Assembly: GCF_018336915.1 (NCBI RefSeq)
Contig: NZ_CP064923.1
Span: forward strand, 3,532,678 to 3,556,677
Direction: 5' to 3'
DNA length: 24,000 nt
Source of the DNA: Acaryochloris marina S15
GTDB lineage: Bacteria > Cyanobacteriota > Cyanobacteriia > Thermosynechococcales > Thermosynechococcaceae
The notes below the pieces were generated by a model. That model did not search any database. It was not told the DNA's origin and was given only the letters and a program-made list of their open reading frames with translations. Made by a program: the position numbers and the translations under genes. Shown here piece by piece: positions 23,193-24,000 of the stretch. The stretch's first letter is position 1; each line of letters begins with the position of its first letter.

Positions 23193-24000
23193 CTACAGAT
23201 TGCGGCTAATCATATAGTGAATCAATTTGGGGATAAACGCTTTCTCTTCAGAGTCGGGGGCATCGCCATAGGCCACTGAGAATTCTGCTAAGGCTGCTTC
23301 GGCAAACTGATGGGCGACTGCGATCGCATAGGCAATACTGCCATAATCCTGCATTCGTTGAATCACCCAGCTCACCTCATCTTCAGACCGTTCATCTCGA
23401 GGCTTGTCCATAAAGAATTGCAACATATTTCGCTCCGAAGGGGTGCCCTGTTTAAATAGGTGCACTAACATCAACGTTCGCTTCCCCTCCCAAATATCGC
23501 CACCAATTTCTTTGCCATACCGTTGAGAATCCCCCACCAAATTAAGCACATCATCCTGAATCTGAAAGGCAGCCCCCATAAAGTATCCAAATTTATTGAA
23601 CCGATCGAGGTCTAGGGTGTCCTTGGAGGCAATCAAGCCGCCAATCCGGCAGGGATGCATAAAGCTATACCAACAGGTTTTGTTCAAAATCATCTGCAGG
23701 TAGTCGGTCTCAGTGACATCACAGCGATTGTCCCGTACCCAGCCCAGTTCTGAAGCTTGCCCCTCCAGGGATTTCAACATCAAATGCTCAAATTCTTCAT
23801 AGATCCGTTGGGTCAGTTGATGGCCCAGCAAGGGGATATTCTCCCGTACCAATCTCAGGCTTAAGGCATTCATGGCATCGCCAATATTAACGGCGATGGG
23901 CACCCCCTGCTCAGCCTGCATGGTGGGCATCCGATGACGACATTCACTGTTATCTTCCACATCATCATGAACTAGGAAAGCATTGTGAATCATTTCTAAG
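23193..24000 (-). CDS. trans-Polyprenyl diphosphate synthase (short-chain type likely); the N-terminus lies beyond the window
   Basis: First Asp-rich motif LVHDDVED and second Asp-rich motif FQIQDDVLN. The frame stays open upstream of the track's ATG (…LEMIHNAFLVHDD), and these enzymes need roughly 80 aa before the first motif, so the gene continues past 24000. Confidence 0.85.
   Translation of the reverse strand, partial: LEMIHNAFLVHDDVEDNSECRHRMPTMQAEQGVPIAVNIGDAMNALSLRLVRENIPLLGHQLTQRIYEEFEHLMLKSLEGQASELGWVRDNRCDVTETDYLQMILNKTCWYSFMHPCRIGGLIASKDTLDLDRFNKFGYFMGAAFQIQDDVLNLVGDSQRYGKEIGGDIWEGKRTLMLVHLFKQGTPSERNMLQFFMDKPRDERSEDEVSWVIQRMQDYGSIAYAIAVAHQFAEAALAEFSVAYGDAPDSEEKAFIPKLIHYMISRNL
23320..23327. 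repeat. HIP1 octamer GCGATCGC
   Basis: Exact match, inside the polyprenyl synthase gene. Confidence 0.9.

Noticed and set aside
1-24000. Search for CRISPR repeats, transposase or integrase genes, terminal inverted repeats flanking an island, phage genes, toxin-antitoxin pairs or defence-system signatures
   Set aside because: I found none. There are no regularly spaced direct repeats and no DDE, tyrosine-recombinase or nuclease-like ORFs. HIP1 sites and base composition are uniform across the genes, consistent with native core genome rather than an accessory island.

Overview
This window reads as ordinary cyanobacterial chromosome. The taxon call rests on six perfect HIP1 octamers (GCGATCGC), an SLH/OprB-type porin, a complete urtABCDE operon, ho1, and GTAN8TAC (NtcA-type) boxes; I cannot assign a genus. 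Gene order is as follows. A partial SLH-OprB porin lies on the minus strand and is missing from the ORF track because it runs off the window. A 1.2-kb ORF-free AT-rich spacer follows, then urtA-B-C-D-E (urea ABC transporter) and a GST. Next come alr and purE (minus), a small 2-TM protein, nagA and a class-V aminotransferase, then a 75-aa protein (minus). An 0.83-kb ORF-free spacer precedes ho1, which converges on mscL. After that come rsmH, an FtsL-like bitopic protein, ftsI (partial dcw cluster), and a DCC-family thiol oxidoreductase (minus). A charge-segregated disordered protein follows, then an M16 peptidase homologue lacking the zinc motif (minus) and a NIL-domain/2x[4Fe-4S] ferredoxin. 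The window ends with a 255-aa unknown protein and a partial trans-polyprenyl diphosphate synthase, both on the minus strand. I found no CRISPR array, tRNA or rRNA, transposase, integrase, phage gene, toxin-antitoxin pair or recognisable defence gene. I therefore cannot support a dramatic novel system. The most promising leads are (i) the tightly linked divergent polyprenyl synthase plus unknown 255-aa protein beside the NIL-ferredoxin, (ii) the long AT-rich porin/urt spacer carrying several NtcA-type boxes, including a promoter-like arrangement pointing away from urtA, (iii) helically phased A-tract arrays upstream of ho1, and (iv) an orphan, catalytically dead M16 homologue. All calls come from reading the sequence and ORF translations by eye, without any database search, so family assignments rest on remembered motifs.
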